Shown here piece after piece: positions 61,790 to 64,000 of a DNA stretch of 64,000 nt. The position numbers were made by a program, and so were the translations under genes. The stretch spans positions 353,958,001 to 354,022,000 of the forward strand of contig OZ024740.1 of the NCBI GenBank assembly GCA_964016885.1, given 5' to 3'. Within the stretch, counting starts at the first letter, position 1. Every line of letters begins with the position of its first letter. Below the pieces are notes generated by a model. The model was given only the letters and a program-made list of their open reading frames with translations, was not told where the DNA came from and searched no databases. The DNA is from Eledone cirrhosa (taxonomy: Eukaryota).

Positions 61790-62389
61790 CTATTCTCAGT
61801 TAAGTCTCCAGGCAATGCGCGGACACTGGCGGCTCATATAAAAATAATAATAATTCGGTAGATCGAACAGCTTGCGAGGACTGGATTCTATGTACCGAAA
61901 TTCTCACTGCTTCAAGTCAAATGGCCGATTCTAAAGAATCAATCAATTTTTTTTTTTTAAATATTTTCTTATTTTACGTCTTTTATATTATTGTTCTGCA
62001 TTCTCCTGCATTGAACCACCTAGGTACTATGACATAACCTGTGTATTTGCTAGCATGGGCGTGCATCTGTGCGCTTATGTTAGTTGATATATTAAATTAT
62101 CTATATTTATCTCCAAATCACTGATTTGTCGAGCAAACTTGCCAAAACCACTTCTAAAAAAATTTTTTTTGGGGTGTTAGTAGGCGTCAGTCATCTTACC
62201 ATCCCATTCCTTCTAACTAGCCTCTGTGTCACGTGATTGATTCTTTAGAATCGGCCATTTGACTTGAAGCAGTGAGAATTTCGGTACATAGAATCCAGTC
62301 CTCGCAAGCTGTTCGATCTACCGAATTATTATTATTTTTATATGAGCCGCCAGTGTCCGCGCATTGCCTGGAGACTTAACTGAGAATAG

Positions 62390-62471
62390 ACTCCCTGATG
62401 ACGCAATGAATTCTCGACAGTTGGATTACGTAACTGTCTTTATCCCATTGCAGAAACTAATTAGTTGGAGT
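62390..62471 (+). ncRNA. Type I hammerhead ribozyme with extended helix II
   Basis: ACUCC-CUGAUGA-C GCAAUG..GACAGUU/AACUGUC..CAUUGC A-GAAA-CUA AU UAG-UU^-GGAGU. Confidence 0.88.
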
Positions 62472-62657
62472 GAAAATTTAAGTAAGTAAAAAATTTAAAA
62501 AAAAATTTTTTTTTTTAAATATTTTCTTATTTTACGTCTTTTATATTATTGTTCTGCATTCTCCTGCATTGAACCACCTAGGTACTATGACATAACCTGT
62601 GTATTTGCTAGCATGGGCGTGCATCTGTGCGCTTATGTTAGTTGATATATTAAATTA

Positions 62658-62700
<43 letters not shown>

Positions 62701-62798
62701 CTTTGTCTTTTCCTTATGCATTCAAACGGCTCGCATAAGCAAAAGACAGACAAACAAACAGAGACAAAGAATTTTATATATAGAGAGATAATCTATTA

Positions 62799-64000
62799 CA
62801 GTGGTACCTTGAATTACAAGTGTCCCAACTAACCAGTTTTTCGAGATACGAGCCGTCTCTCGACCGATTTTTTGCTTTGAGTTACGAGCTAAAATTAGGG
62901 TTACGAGCTAAAATTAGGGTTACGAGCCAGCTTAAGGTACCCTACCTCTAGTTGGCGTAGCGACCACCACAGTGAACGCTGTAACATCCGCCCAGCATCC
63001 CATGGGTCCGAAGAAAGTGAGCACGAAGGACAGTGCTGAGAAGAAGCGGATGATGTGCATTGAATTAAAGAAATAAATTATTGAAAAACGACTATGGTAT
63101 GCGTGTAGTCGACTTGGCGAAGCAGTACGAGCGTAGCACTTTTATAATCTACACCATACTGAAGCAGGAGTCGAAAAAGGCTATAATGCTAAGGGAGTTA
63201 AAATAATTTCTAAACAGCGGACATCTATCCATGAAAATATGGAAAAACTGCTGAGAGTGTGGTTTACGGAGAAGCAGCTCGCAGGAGATACCGTGACGGA
63301 GACTATAATCTGTGTGAAGGCACGAGCTATTTACGCTGATTTACTGCAGCAGACCCCAGGTACTTCGACGGACGAGCTGTTTAAAGCCAGTCGGGGCTTG
63401 TTTGAGCATTTTAAAAAGAGTACCAGCATTCACTCCGTTGTCAGACATGGTGAGGCAGCGAGTGCGGATATGAGGGCAGCTGAGGATTAACTCAAAACTT
63501 TTGCCGGAATTATAGCAGCCAAAGGATACATACCTCAGCAAGACTTCAACTGTGACGAGACAGGACGTTTTGGGAAGAAGATGCCAAGGAGGACTTATAT
63601 AACGCAGTGGAGAAGAGGATGCCAGGCCACAAACCATGAAGGATAGGCTAACCCTCGCACTGTGTGCCAATGCGAGCGGCGACTGCAAAATTAAGCCGCT
63701 GCTCGTTTATCATTCGGAAAACCCCAGAGCCTTTAAGTCTCATAAGATTCTGAAAGAAAAGACTGCAGGTTATGTGGATGGCAAACCCGAGGGTGTCGGT
63801 CACCAGGCAATCCTTTGTGGAGTGGGTGAATTTGGTCTTTGGTCTTGATGTTAAGAAATATCCAGGAAAATAACCTACCGTTGCAAGCCCTTCTCGTCCT
63901 GGACAATGCACCTGCTCACCCACCTAACCTCGAAGATGACATCCCGGAAGAGTTCAAGTTTATAAAGGTTCTCTACCTTCCACCCAACACCACACCTATC
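62799..64000 (+). mobile_element. Tigger/pogo DNA transposon (TIGD1-like), disrupted transposase, runs off window
   Basis: TA|CAGTGGTACCTTG TIR; ATG 63002 MGPKK; MEKLL..W, FKASRG, HGEAASAD, NCDETG, KDRLTL..CANASG, LDNAPAHP, LPPNTT. Confidence 0.92.

Noticed and set aside
62881-62928. TTAGGG telomeric repeat
   Set aside because: Part of a 19-bp subterminal tandem repeat of the Tigger element

Overview
AT-rich eukaryotic (animal) repeat landscape. The SINE, microsatellite and retroelement mix suggests a mollusc, probably an octopus-like cephalopod (inference). I cannot call any host protein-coding gene, and most ORFs in the track are microsatellite artefacts. The window holds one structurally complete Ty3/Gypsy LTR retrotransposon (37933-43995, 4-bp TSD, tRNA-Trp PBS, -1 gag-pol slippery site). 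It also holds four large Penelope-like elements (PLEs) plus fragments, R4/Dong, Tx1, RTE, CRE and CR1-like LINE pieces, many tRNA-SINEs, a non-autonomous Helitron, a hAT MITE and a Tigger/pogo transposase remnant. The most striking hidden signal is about a dozen type I hammerhead ribozyme motifs, folded by eye, from several sequence families, plus a few weaker variants. Some lie in PLE pseudo-LTRs. Others lie in three young non-coding tandem units (316, 456 and 558 bp, the latter two with an extra inverted copy) that look like non-LTR retrozymes, i.e. potential self-cleaving circular-RNA elements. Three diverged family members share a cassette of octamer ATGCAAAT, a TATA-like box, TGGCAG and the hammerhead core at a near-constant spacing of about 90 bp, suggesting a built-in promoter-ribozyme module. 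All folds and alignments were done by eye and need computational and experimental confirmation.
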